Origin: Epiperipatus broadwayi
Taxonomy: Eukaryota > Animalia > Onychophora
Direction: 5' to 3'
DNA length: 64,000 nucleotides
Assembly: GCA_028023455.1 (NCBI GenBank)
Contig: JAQFVV010000001.1
Location: 15,376,001 to 15,440,000, forward strand
The notes beneath the pieces are model-generated. The model saw only the letters and a list, made by a program, of their open reading frames with translations, did not search any database and had not been told where the DNA came from. Shown piece after piece: positions 50,310 through 64,000 of the stretch (positions are counted from its first letter, which is position 1; the number at the start of each line of letters is the position of its first letter). The translations under genes and the position numbers were made by a program.

Positions 50310-52416
50310 CATTGTTTCTCAATCTGGATGATATAGTCCATTTATGGGCATTTATTGCATTTTAAAGAGTGATAAACTCTAATTTACATTTTGGGGGAGA
50401 ATTAAAAATTTGCTGGGTAATTTAACAATGAATAAATATTTTTTTATTTTTGCAATCTTGCTAGGCTATAAGGAGGCCTCTAGTAATTAAAAGCCATGCT
50501 ATATAATCATAATTATATATATCTAATGCTAACAAGTAGGTATTTAATATAATACCATGACCTATTAGTGATAATTCATTCAACTGCCTAGAGACTAATC
50601 AAGCAAATAAGTTATTATTAGCTCAATGTGATGTCATATTAAATACAAACTTGATTAGATGTAATTATGAATATTGTAAAGTGGCCTTCAGGGCACATTT
50701 TTTCAGTGGTTATTTCTGTAAAGAGTATCTCCATATATATATTTTTTGGTGTTTTATAATTACATTCTTTAATAATGTAAGTAAAACATACAAATTAAAA
50801 ATTATTGTAGTTTAGCTCCCTTATTATATATATTCTTTATAAATATTTTCATATTTCTAATTTAATTTATCCACAATAATAAATTTAATATATCATTTTA
50901 GTAATTTATTTTTTAGGAATTAAAGCAAAGACCATGTCTCAGGAACAAATATGTTGACAATATTCAACTGAATACTTAAAATCAGATTTCATTGCTTTGC
51001 CTAGTAATGAGTAATTACCACTATACCAGCAAGTTTTTTCAAGAGGCAATGAATCCTTCAAGTATGAAAGAACATTTAACCAGAAAACTTGCCAATACGA
51101 AAGATAAAAATGTAGATTATTTTCATAATCTAAAAAAAATATTTGACAATCATAAAACTGTGGTAAATTAATTCAAAGATCCAGCAGTTCAATTTGAGAA
51201 AGGTTTCATAGTTTCATATAAAGTTGTTAATAGAAAAATATGGTAAAACATACAATATTGGGAAAAATTGATAATACCAGCTATTTGTGAAATTTTAAGT
51301 ATTATGACACATTAAATCCAAATAGCATTATTGCTTTGATTCTTTTGAGCAATAATATAGTTTCCAGATGAATTGATGAGAAGGTTAATGGTATTGTAGA
51401 ACAACTCTATCAAGATCTTCAGAACACCAAATTTACCTTAGTTAGATGAAAGTTACAATTTGTGATAATGAAACAATATTACTGGTATATGTACGAACAT
51501 TAATAACAAAATCATTGAAGAAATGTTATCTAAGAGACATTGTCTCAAAAGACTTTTCTATTTATTCAACACTATATTTCAGTTACTAAATTCAAATAAT
51601 TTTCAAATTACTTTTAATATTAAAATGTTACAAAATAATGTTTACTTATCAGATATATATATAAATAGTGAAGTTCTGTTAAAATTGCAAGATAGTATTA
51701 TTAATCTTATCAAAGTTAAATGTTTGGAGATGCCATTTTTTAACAAACTAACTCTCTAAACAAATAATATAAGTTGCTATTTTCATATTTAAATACTTAT
51801 GTTCGGGATACAGATTAGGAGATATATTGTTTACATCTAGAAAATATAAAAAATGATATGGACATTCACTATAAAGACTTAGTTATTAATTCTTTTAATG
51901 TGGAACTAAATACAATACTGCACATTTGTAAGAAAATTTGTTGGACTTGCAAAATGATGTTGAAGCTAAAATTTTATATACACAAGATATCAAAACATTT
52001 TGGATAAAAAACAGAAATGAATTAAAAAAATATTATGTAATGAAAACAAATTGCTATTATATTTCCAACTTTTTATCTTGTAGAAAAAGGATTTAGTGCT
52101 GTTCTTCAGTTATTGTCCAAACAAAAGAATCATGTGCAACTAACTTGAAAAGATGAATTGACATTTTTTAAAACTAGTTTTGAATCATATATAAACAAGG
52201 GACCACATTAATTAATAATAATTATATATCTTTAGATGTCAATTTTAAAATTATATGTTATTTTTGCAAATCTCTATTTTTAAAAACATATTATCTAAGA
52301 TTTTTTTTTGTAAAACATAAAATATAAAATACAAAATATTTGATAAATTTTAAAAAGATATTATGTTGTGATATTTATAAAAGGGGAAATAATTTTGAAA
52401 AGCTTGAAAAACAATG
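50310..52416 (+). mobile_element. Old hAT element (Charlie/Buster group) with decayed, internally deleted transposase
   Basis: TIRs cattgtttctcaa / ttgaaaaacaatg, perfect TSD ctttaatg (50302-50309, 52417-52424). Remnants EAMNPSSMKEHL, GKTYNIG.KLIIPAICEIL, LSNN.VSR.IDE, NETILL.YVR and EKGFSAV at about 50985-52195. Confidence 0.9.
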
Positions 52417-55400
52417 CTTTAATGTATTAAAAGTTACCTCCTGAGAATTATTAATATTCATAGAGTTATCATATATGCATTACATTGATCATCTAAATTA
52501 AGCAATTGGTTTGTTATTAACTACTACATTCCTGTTGTAATAAAATACAAATGATTGTTTTTTATTGTTTTTAAAAACTAAATGAATTATTTTTCAATAT
52601 CATAAAATTTATACTTAGTACATTGTTATAATTATTCTTTCTTTTCAAATTCTTACAAATCGTGGCAGCATTTAACATTTATTAAAACAATCTATAATAT
52701 AATAAAATCAAAACTAGGAATAAATCAACAATAATTATTTTTTATAGGAAATAAAAAGTTTAAATCTGATTTACACATTTAATTTTAAATATTTTTACAC
52801 AACAAGGTCTATCATCCCCATATATTTAGATATGTAATTAAAAAAATACATACAAATATTTATGAAAAAATGCATTTTGCATACATTTTTATATCTTCAT
52901 TTTATTGCTTACAGTAAATGATGAAGTATCAGAACAATGTAGACATTTAGCCTAAATAAACTTTACTGAGAAAGCATTAGACTTCATTATAAAAGTGATT
53001 TATCAACAATAAAACCAAATCCAATGTCAATTATTTCAACTAAAGGAAGCAAAATCATTCAAACATTTTCAATCATTTTGAAACAAGCACTCATTTAAAA
53101 GTATCAACCTTAAGAAGAGAGATAAATGAAAAATTATCACCAATAATAAGCATATAGCCAGTTTCCAGGAAGGTCACGTAACATCTGTGTACCTAGCATA
53201 ATTCAATTAACAATTTTTTTTTTTACTTTTCTTAGCTGGGCATTTATCAAGAAAAACTAACTTTTGAATCTATATCTCACAATGCACTTTGATCAGGACA
53301 TTATTTATAGTCATACATTTTATCACCTAAATACAAAGACCAATAATCAAATAAAGAATTAATAAACACACATGCCATATTTAAAAGCTATGGAATCGCT
53401 TAAAAATTGGTGTCACTTTATGAAATAAACATATTTTTGAAAAATGGATATGTAATAAATATAATTAAAAAACTGAAATCATTTTGCCTGACTTGATTTA
53501 ACAATAATGATTCAATTAAATAAATTTCTCTAGATTAAAATAATAATTAGATTCAGTTTTATTATGGAGTTAAAAATTATTCATCAGTTTCAAGTACATT
53601 AATCAAATTAAATAAAACATTCATAAAAATAATAATGTATGCCTAGAAGTAGGTTACAATATTAAATAATAAATTTATACCTTTAATTCCTTGAAAACCA
53701 TTTATTGCTTTTAGTAGTTCTGATTCAAACAGACTTTAGAATTAATATAAAAATATATTTAGTAAAATAACTTTTATATGTAGAGAGAGATTTTTTTAAA
53801 ATTTAATTATAAAAAAAAACTATATTTATATTAAAGCGGTGACTTATTGGCTTGCATATATTTAATAAGAATTATTATAAAATATAACTGAATTATTGAG
53901 TGCAGATTATTATATAATTGAATTAGGTTAACAATAACAATGCTAACTCCAATAGATATACAACTAATATTAATAATCAGACCTAGATATTAAGAATATG
54001 AGAAAATATTTGTTATATTAATAAAAATAAATATACTTTTGTTTAAGAGCATGTTTTTGTTAGTAATTGTAAATAATTTAAATTACATATACTTAACAAT
54101 GATTTGATCTCAAGTTTGGATTAGCTTCATTAACTTTTTTATAGTTCACAAAGTTAATAAGAATACAAATAATGAACATTATTTTAAAAGTCCTGTGCAA
54201 TTTAGCATAATAATGGAATGATGAACTTAAGAGCTAAAAGTCACAAAATCAAAGTTCAACATGTGATTTGTATTCAAATGTCTTATGTCCTGATTAAATA
54301 TCTATTCCATTATTATCATTATTATTTTATAAAAGATTGAATATTTAATTTTCATTCTTATTAGAAATTTTTTATTTTTTATTTTAGATAATTATTCAGA
54401 CAAATATTACGATATAACAAAATTATGTAAGACCACATTCAAACTGGGCATGAATACTTATTTACACAAAGTATCAATAGAAACACCCCTAATCATAGAC
54501 TGAGAAGTGGAAGAAAATGTTCAAGACTTTATTGTATAAATTGTTTTTATCTATATCAAACGATCATTTTAAGAGTCTGAGATTACAAATTTGAACAAGA
54601 CCAAGTAATTCCATGTCTTCATTATATGAAGATAAAAGTTGTCATGCTGTATAGTTTGCAGAGATAGAGACAAATTCCTCTATTTTAGGACCAGTTCTCC
54701 CGAGATATAAGAATGTGCACCTTATCTGACAACTTTTTTATCTGAAAATAAAAATTAAGATCTGGATTAGGATCTAACAATGCTTGCACTCATAATTTTT
54801 TTTTTTTAAATTCTCACAGTTAATAATACTTGATGTGATCTTCAATTTTTTAATGGCACAGTCAGTTGTTTTCATTTTCATTGTGTTGTCACAATAATAG
54901 CAATTCATTTGTATAAGAGTTGTACTTAATCTGCGAAATACTTGTTGTGTTTATTATACTGAGTATATTTTTATTATTGCACCATTAAATAACAAAAATA
55001 AAAAACAAAAGATGTATAATTTTAAGCCAGAGTGGAAGAAAATACCTTGTTTTATTTATTTTAAAGAAAAATGTAACATGGAGAGACATTTCATATCCAT
55101 TTGTAAGAATCATAATGCAAAACTTTCTTAAAAACTTTGAAATTAACAATAACGAATTTTGTAATTCCCTTTCACCTAATACGATTGGCAATAAAAAAAT
55201 TACAAGCACAATCTCTTCTTTTGTTACATCATTAATTACCATGGTATCTTAGCTTACACTTTCACAAGACAATAATAATCTAAAATCTATTGTTAATATA
55301 ATTATCATTCTTTTAAAACTTTCTTTCTTTTAATATTTTACAATTGTTTCAAAAATAAATAAATAAATAAATGACTAAATCTTATAGATATTTAAAACAG

Positions 55401-58400
55401 GCCTAAACAATTCAGGATACATATAATAAATACATATCTGTAAATCTGAAATCTTTTTTTTTAACAAACAAATTATAGTTTTATACATCTTTATATATTA
55501 TAATCATTAGTATTTTCCAAAATCAGTTTCATAAAATTTGTTTATTTACTCTGCATAATATCATTGTCAAATCTACAATCATAAATAAATGTATACCATA
55601 AAAGTGGGATGAAAAAAAACAGCAGCAAAAAAAATATACAACAAAATTGAACAAAGATAATCATGGAAGAGAAAAAAATTGCAACATTTTCTACTATAAT
55701 CTTAAAAAATATTGCTATATATTAAATAATCAATCTTATAAAGAAAAATATATACATCACACTAATAAAAATACCAAATATTCATCTTCTTTTACTAATA
55801 AATAATTCAAATTTTATGCATAATCAAAAAATTATCTCTGCTTTCTTACATTCCCTTCTATCAATATCTATATTTAATCTTTTCTTTTTTTAGCACATGT
55901 ATTTTGATATTATAATCAACTGCAAAGATGGATTTTCCTAATCTTTACAATTTATATGATTGCAACTGTTTATAAATTAGTTACAATGATCAAAAATCCT
56001 TTTCATGATTTTTTTTTTCAGTTCAAGTATATAAATATAATTTAAATAATGACATAAATAAACAAAAACTATTAAATATGTAGTGCTTAGAATAATATTT
56101 GTAGAGCAATAACTCTGAATGCACAAATTATAATAATTTCTAAGATTTAGAGTGACTTAATAAATTAGTTTGATATTAGAGAGTTAAGATATACCAATAG
56201 GACTAGCTTATAAATTATTATTATGGGTGTCTCATCAGAGTTCACTACTCTACTTCATAAATATTAGTATAAATATAAGTTCTAGAAAAAGATATAAGTT
56301 TTAGCAAAAGTATAAGTAAAAATTGGCATGTTTTGTTTGTGACAAAGATCCAGCTTACATTTATACAACTTTAGTTAGATACTTGCAAGGCTAATCAAAG
56401 TTATTATTCACATTAAAATTCTTATTTTTTTAAAATAAATGATATTGTTACTATCTATTTAGTTTCACTATTGTCCAAAAGGAAATAATAGCTTAGATCA
56501 ACTATTTTGTGAGGGGAAAAAAAAATCAAATCAAACTATTCTTATAAAAACACTTTACTACAGTTTGTTAATATTATTTCTACACTCAAATTAAATGCAA
56601 TTAAACAAATTCTGTGATCAAATACAATTTGATAATGGTTTGTGGATATCTAACTTATTTTCAAATAAATATCTACAATAAAAAATAGTTAAACACATTA
56701 AAAATTTCACTATTAAAATTTTGCTTTTTTAAGAATTATTTGAAACCAATGACTTTACTGAGTAAATTTATTGTTTCTAGAAAAAATAAAATCATTAATT
56801 GTTTCCAGTTGAGTACAATAAACGTCACAACTAAATAACCATCATGTACAATAGCTTTGACAAAGCCTGACTTCTTTTGACACTACTATGAAGATGATAT
56901 TTATTTCAATATGCCTCCCACATATCCAGCAAAAATTACAACACTATAATATGAAACATTGATGACTATTATGAAAAATGCCTGTCTTTGCAAAGAAGAC
57001 AATAGAGAGACATTCACATCACATTATTTTCCAAATTTAATGGATAATTTTTTAAATTCTAATTTAATATAAAAAATATTCAATATAATAATTGCTAATT
57101 TAAAAATTATTACATTTTCAAACTCAATTTCATTTTGATGTTAATGAATGTTAATTAACAAAAGAACTGATGTTTAACTGACAAAATGAAAATATATCAT
57201 TATAAGCAAATGAAAAAAAAAAATCATAAATCTACTTAGAAGTTAAAAGTTTCATCTTCTAAATCAATATTCTTTAATTATTTTAAGAAATACAATTCAG
57301 TAATTGCAAGTTGATGTTATTTACAAAAAAAAATCAATACTTTCTTGAGTGAGAAATGATTAATCAGAAGTTTTTATTAACTTTGACTTTTGCCATTAAT
57401 TTAGTTTTTTTTATTTTTAAAAAAATACCACACCTAATACATTAACAAAATGGATCACCATCTAAATCTTTTTGAAAATGTATATATATGTAAAAATGAT
57501 TTCTTGGATACTGAAAAACTTTATAGTGCATCTATGCCCAAGACTTGAAATTTGAGTCTGCTAACCCAAAAAACCATCCAGTTTTGATTAATAAATAGAT
57601 AATAATTGTTTTTAACTAGATAGTAAAGATTTCAAGTTAATCTGTTTTATTCTCGGAATACTGAGTATAAAAACAAAATATGACTAATATGATGTCCTCT
57701 TTATAATGGTGGGAAGATATCATAGTCTTTCAAGTGCTTAGCCTATGTTTTATCATTATTTTTTAGTTTGTCTATTAAATTATTGCCTGATTTAAATAAA
57801 ATTCATATTAATATACTATTTCTTACTTTCCACATAATAGCATAATTCATCTTCTCTCAGTCTGTTTTTAAAGTAAGATTATGGCAATACAGTCTAATAT
57901 CTACAGACAACAGATTTCTGGGTTTCATTCAGTATGGGCAAAAATTACTGTTATTATAGTTAATGACTGACTTCAAAGGTACTGGCTTATTTTTACATTT
58001 CAAACATGCAGCAACATATTTTTAAATAATAACAGAAGGATGTTTAAAATGCAATAATGTCTGATTTGAGGAAACATTTCTTCCTAGGATTATTATAATG
58101 GAGAGTGAAGTTTCCAAACATTTTTAACCTCATAATTTGTTTATTATTATTATTATTTCATTACATAAAATTTACTTTCTATTTTTAAATTACAACTTTA
58201 TTATGATTATAATAACAATTATTTACATTTAGTTATTTTAATAATCTTTTCTTTTCAGTATGTTCTTTCCTTGTCTCTTTCCTTTCCTCATTATTTTTTC
58301 TAATTAACATAAAACTTACATTTGTATTTAATTAATCCATATTTTTAGGTACAAAAATACAGTTATAAATTAGAAAAACAATGCGATTAGTAATGAGTAA

Positions 58401-61332
58401 AAGGATCTGAATTATAGTGGGTTCTAATAAATATAAAATATTAATCAAATCTGCTTTAGTTTTTTTATTAACTCTATTATTTATTAAAACCAGATTATTG
58501 AGCTTCAAATTCATTACCTATTTGGTTTCTCAATTTTTTTTATTCTGCTGCAGAGAATTTTCATTAACACCTAGATCAGATTTCATACAGATGATATTTT
58601 CCCAATTTATTCACTTCTGAGATGAATAGCAGATTTTCCTACAATAAATCTATTATTAATGCTAATAAAAAAATGAATGGATCATTGCTCAGAAAACCAT
58701 GTGATGTTCAAGCAGCAGAAGTGACAAAGTTATAATTTTGATCTAAAACTCTTTAGATCTTGAAACTTTTACTGTACCAGTACACTGAATCTTTGGGCAA
58801 TATTAGCAATAATTTGACAGAATATTACTTAATCTAATTTACTATTATAGTCTATAAATTAAGTGTACTAAAAAGACTTTTAATAATTTACTTCTAAGTA
58901 TCTTCACACTTGAATGATTCCAGAAAAATTGCTTAAAGATGAAATTCATAAACAAAGGGAATTAAACTACTATAGGAATAATGTTAACAAGATTTAATAA
59001 ATACAACAATATAATAACACTACGATGTTTACTTTTAGATAATATATTTAATATTGTAATATACTTTCCCATATTTATTTAAAACATAAATAAGAATAAG
59101 TCTTAAATTTTATAATAAAATTAGGCTATGAATTAAAAAAAATTACAAAGTTATAATTTACTTTCTTTCCTCTCAATCAAATATATCTTATTCTCACCGC
59201 TCCTCTCATTAATAATTTATTCTTCAAATTTGAAAACATTTTTATCACTTTTTTTTAAAACAAATAGTTTTCAAATAATTGGTAATAAATATTTAACAAT
59301 ATTTTCCAAGATTTTCATGTTTATCAATTAAAAATAATCTTTTTTTAAGTATGTGCATAACAAAATCTTTTAATGTTTTAAACGAATGAACAAATAAAAT
59401 AAAAATTGTTTTATTTTAAAATATAATTTCCTTAGTAACAAAAAGCTTATTTTATCTGAATAAACTTGTATTAAATTTTTATTTCTATTATATTTTTTCA
59501 TTCTACAATTTTAACTGTAGCTTGATGTTTTAGAGATTAATGCTGTCTTATTGCAAATTCTAATGATGATTCATGCTTGGGTATTGTATTTTCAAATAGT
59601 AGATATTTACATTTTGTTCAATTTGGATAAACACAGTATGTTCTTTTAAGTTTAAAACTAGTGATGTCATAGTGTAAGAATAAAAACACACTAGATTTGT
59701 GCACTAATAAGAATTTTTATCATTTTGTTCTATAAATACTTCAAGAATAAGGATTCCCTATGTAAATATGCAGGACCTGTAGTGACCTAATTAGTAAAAT
59801 AGATTATTGAAGAATTCTGAGAAATAAATTACTTAGATTGGATCAAATTTCATAGATTATATTAAATCTCAAATGAATAAAAAGAGTCTAAACAAATTAT
59901 CTCCCTGTATAGAGTATCAGCTGCTTATGCATAACCATTGCAAATTTAAATGAAAAATATTAAATATATAAAATTAAAATTTGATATTTTTATGCAACAA
60001 AGTTAAAGAGAAGACTTACATTTTTTAATATACACAATTAAATAATTAAAAATATAAATTAAATAAGCAAACAAAAATATTTATAAATTTAAATAAATAA
60101 CTCACGAATGTAAGCAATTATAACTTCAAACAGATAAAGTTCCTTCAAATCCTAAGGACAGTTTATGATAACCATTAGCCATATACCATATATTAAAGCA
60201 AAGTTGATCATGTAATCCTTTTAATTATAGTTTATTTGAAAGATATGTATCTTCCTATCACTTATTATAAAAGAGTAAAAAATATGAGGATTTTGTATTT
60301 TACTGCAATTGCCTAGCATGGCATTAACCTATGATTCAAATCTGGGTAATTATCAAAACCATCCAAGCAAAAACATTTTTATAGTCAAATAAATGACCAT
60401 ATAACAAAAATACTACACACACAAATGGATACTGATCTTACAATTCATTTTTAGCTTATTTAATATATAAAATATAATTCTAATAGCCAGGTGACAAATA
60501 TATATGTGAAAAAGATGGTTCTTTTTTTAAAAGATTATTAATATTTTAATTCCAAATGATAGGAAGAACTATAAATTCAACCTAACTATTCTTATCTCTG
60601 AGGTTTGCATTTCATCTTAGCATTGAGTGTGATGTGATGCACTGTGATTTCTCCTTATATGGAGTCAGGAAACTCTCAGCAACTATGCCCAGAGAAACCT
60701 GTTAGCCGATTTATCTTCCCTTTCCATTCCCCGACCTATGTTTTCCCATCCCATTTCCACAACATAATCTTTGTCAACTCCATGGCCTTTATATCTAAAT
60801 CCCCCTTATCTTTTCCCAAACCCTTTCTGTATAATCACTTCTGCACAGTCTGACAAAGGGACAGAGCGGCTGACTTGGAATTGGGCAGTTTCAGATTCGA
60901 TTCTGGTGCTCATATTTCTTATTAACTCCGAGCAATAAAACCATTAGCCTTTTTTTAAAGAATATGTATTACAGCAGAACATGATCTAGCATATATATAT
61001 AACAATTTTATAATAAAACCATTAATATTCTTCAGAGTGACAGTTTGAAATAAATTTTCTTTTGTCTGAAATTTATTAAAAGATTTGATATACTTGACAT
61101 TTTATTTAAACGAAAAAATTTCATGAATTAGCTATACTTAAAGCAAATCCACACACTAAGGAAAATGGGGATATTTTAAGATTAATTCACAGAATTTCTA
61201 CTTTAGAAAAGATTAAAGCTTTACTTAGAATAGGAAGGGAGAATCTTAAAAAAAAAAGTGTTATAAAGCCCCCCCTCCACAATCACCAGGTAAGTTCTTT
61301 TACATAAAATATTAAAACAAAATATTTTAAGA

Positions 61333-61720
61333 TTATTTAATACAGAATAATAATCTTTTATTGCACCTAAACTATCAAAATTTGTTTAATATTTATGCCC
61401 TATATTATAACAATATCAAATCTATTAAAAAAATATGATTAATTATTATTACTACCATATCATATAATACTAAATCATCCATGCACTTTACTACTGTTAC
61501 ACAATTATAAATAGAAACAAAAAAATTTAAATTACTTAATACAGAATAACAATCTTTTATTACATCTAAACTATCAAAATTTATTTAATAATTATACCCT
61601 ACATTACAACAATAGCAAATCTATTAAAAAATACAATGATTAATTATTCTTACTACCATATCATATAATACTAAATCAACCATGCACTTTACTACTGTTA
61701 CACAATTACAAATAGAAACA
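61333..61720. repeat. Tandem duplication, 2 x ~190 bp (period 199)
   Basis: tta(t/c)ttaatacagaataa...aatagaaaca starts at 61333 and 61532. Confidence 0.9.
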
Positions 61721-63460
61721 GATCCTATCAGGCAGTTTTAAACCAATAGTTAACCCATACAACATTCATTCTGCATAATAACAAATTTTATATATATAAA
61801 AAGGTTATTTACAAGTAAAATAAATATCTATATGAAACAGGAAAACTAAAACATTTAATATATACACAAAATTACTACAGAAAAGAAAAAGGGAGTTATT
61901 TTTTAGTGGAAATTACATTTTTTAAATTATTATTATAATTAATATTTAAATACATGTATAGTATTTATACTTTAATCTAGATGTAATTAGAAAAGATTTG
62001 AAAGTCTGGATTCAAATTCCCCCTAATTATTATTATATTATTTATTATATCATAAAGATACGAACGACTTAATAGAAAGTATTAATGATTTTCTTTAAAT
62101 TTTACTATCCAACAAGATTATATACGTATGTTTAGCAGTATTTGGAAAAGTTATTATATTTTTGTAGGTGCTTACAGTTAGTTAGCTTATTGCAGATAAC
62201 TAGCATGAGATGAAACAGAAAATTTCTTATTTAGTTCCATTAACTGACATAGTGAGTTCTTTTTTAAGCAGTTAGCAATTGAGTTTCAAGTAATTTCTTT
62301 TAATTTAGATTCAATGGAGTTGAGTCTACCAATAAAAATATAAAAAAAATATGTTAGTTGCTTCGGAGATCATGCAAATTTCAAATACCTAAGTAGCAGA
62401 TTGCATGTAATAGCTCCATTCAATTGTTCAAACAAAGGTTGTTTTTTTTTTTTTTAAAAAAAAACTTTAATTGAGAATAAATGAGGAAGCCATGGTGACT
62501 ACAGTTATACTAAACAACATAGGCATTCTATTAATTAAAACAATCAGTTTTTATTATTATTATTATTATTCATCTTTCATATAGCTTATTTATGTTCAAT
62601 TTTATTTTCAAGTTTTGAAATCTTATTTTTTTCTTTGAAATAATAACAATTTTTCCAGATATAACAATAGCTGAATTTGATTTTCCTAGACCCAACTGGA
62701 GTCTCAACAATACTATGGTGCTTTCATTCATCAGCTTCATAAACAGAATTTATTAGCCACCAATCTAAGTAAATGTGGGCAAATACTAACTATGAACCAC
62801 AAAGTTGATGACTGTTGAATTGATGGATTTAATAAAGCCAGTGATGATTCTATCTCCTGTTTGCAATGTTTACAGATTCGTTTATTATATTTTACTAATA
62901 GTTAAGCTGTAAAAAAAAAATCTATATGTTAAATAATTGTACAACATGCTAAATCTCTCTGCTTCAAAAAGTAAAAGCTTTATGAATAGGAAGTTTACAA
63001 AATAAAACATTTCATATTGCTTATGCTTAAAAAAATTCTTGCTTACAGCCAAAAAATTCCAGAATGATTTAAAAATGTTATGCAGGATAGGGGAGAAGTA
63101 AAATTTATAGTAAAAAAAATATTTTAAAAACAAATGCACGTAGAATTGCAAATGATTTGTAGAATTACCTGATATTTAGTGCTTCTACCCAACATATTCA
63201 CATTTTTAATGATAAAGATTTCAAGCATGCTGACTTAGCAGATTGATTAAAACTACTAGCAGTACTTCATATTTATAAAAATGTAATTTTTCTATTAATA
63301 ATTTAACCTACTTTAAGTTCCAAAAACAACTATAATGAAACCTTAAATATTAATATTATTTGAAATATAAAACATTCATTTGTCAACTTAATAGTAAATT
63401 GCCACCATGTAAAATGCCTTGTAATAGATGATAATACTCAAAATAAATATTTTCAGTTTA

Positions 63461-63560
63461 GTCAAGCATTGGTGGTCGAGAGATGAGCGACAGCTGCTTT
63501 ACAAACAGTTGTCCCAGGTTCGCTTCCTCGCTGATGCTATGACACATGAAGAAAAAAAAA
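63461..63560 (+). mobile_element. tRNA-derived SINE copy (Gly-like family, TTTACAA loop subfamily)
   Basis: gtcaagcattggtggtcgagag...cagctgctttacaaacagttgtcccaggttcgcttcc...atgctatgacacatg plus A tail; ttttcagttta duplicated on both sides. Confidence 0.85.
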
Positions 63561-63680
63561 ATTTTTTTCAGTTTAATTCTTTGAGTGTGGGGTGGAGGCT
63601 AAAAATTGATCCTGTAAATGACAAATATGAAGATAAAAATGTTTCAGAAATCCTAATATTCTTAATGTTTAGAGCTCTCA

Positions 63681-63711
<31 letters not shown>

Positions 63712-64000
63712 TAACAATATTAAACAAAATTGTTCATGACTTTGAAAAATATTAATTCAATAAAATTATAACTAAATTTCAGTTATGGACAAAAATCATA
63801 GTCTAATTAAAATAAAAATATAAATAAGACAAATGTTTTACCACAATTTTTTGTTAATTTAATAATTTGAATAATTAAATATATTTACAATAAAAATTTA
63901 CAATCTATTACTTTTCAAAACAAACATACTTTTCAATTATTAATCCAGAGCTAAAATATTTATGTAAATGAGATGATAATGATTGTGCTAATACTTTTCA

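Noticed and set aside
60850-60912. tRNA-derived SINE head (agattcgattct B-box-like)
   Set aside because: A box and cloverleaf too decayed; no TSD, tail or second copy in the window.
62656-62830. Possible exon(s) after ttttccag/ttttcctag
   Set aside because: Two alternative frames, neither recognisable, with weak donors.

Overview
Very AT-rich, CpG-depleted eukaryotic DNA; an invertebrate (arthropod-like) source is an inference from composition and repeat content. No host protein-coding exon could be supported, so the window reads as intron or intergenic sequence filled with mobile DNA. It holds a near full-length but broken RTE LINE (45.5-48.7 kb) and older RTE relics, two Penelope-like (PLE) loci plus one ORF-less PLE-terminal locus, an old hAT/Charlie-Buster element, a young hAT MITE, a probable Merlin element, three tRNA-Gly-derived SINE copies and a large (about 1.4 kb arm) inverted duplication. 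Two patterns stand out. First, five non-coding insertions built from fold-back and/or tandem copies, each flanked by a 13-14 bp direct repeat; three of them carry minimal type I hammerhead ribozyme sequence, and in two the fold-back junction falls exactly at the predicted GUC cleavage site. Second, a tRNA-like module sits between the GIY-YIG end and the hammerhead in the PLE terminal repeat (six full or partial copies). All alignments and folds were done by eye; boundaries without a target-site duplication are approximate.
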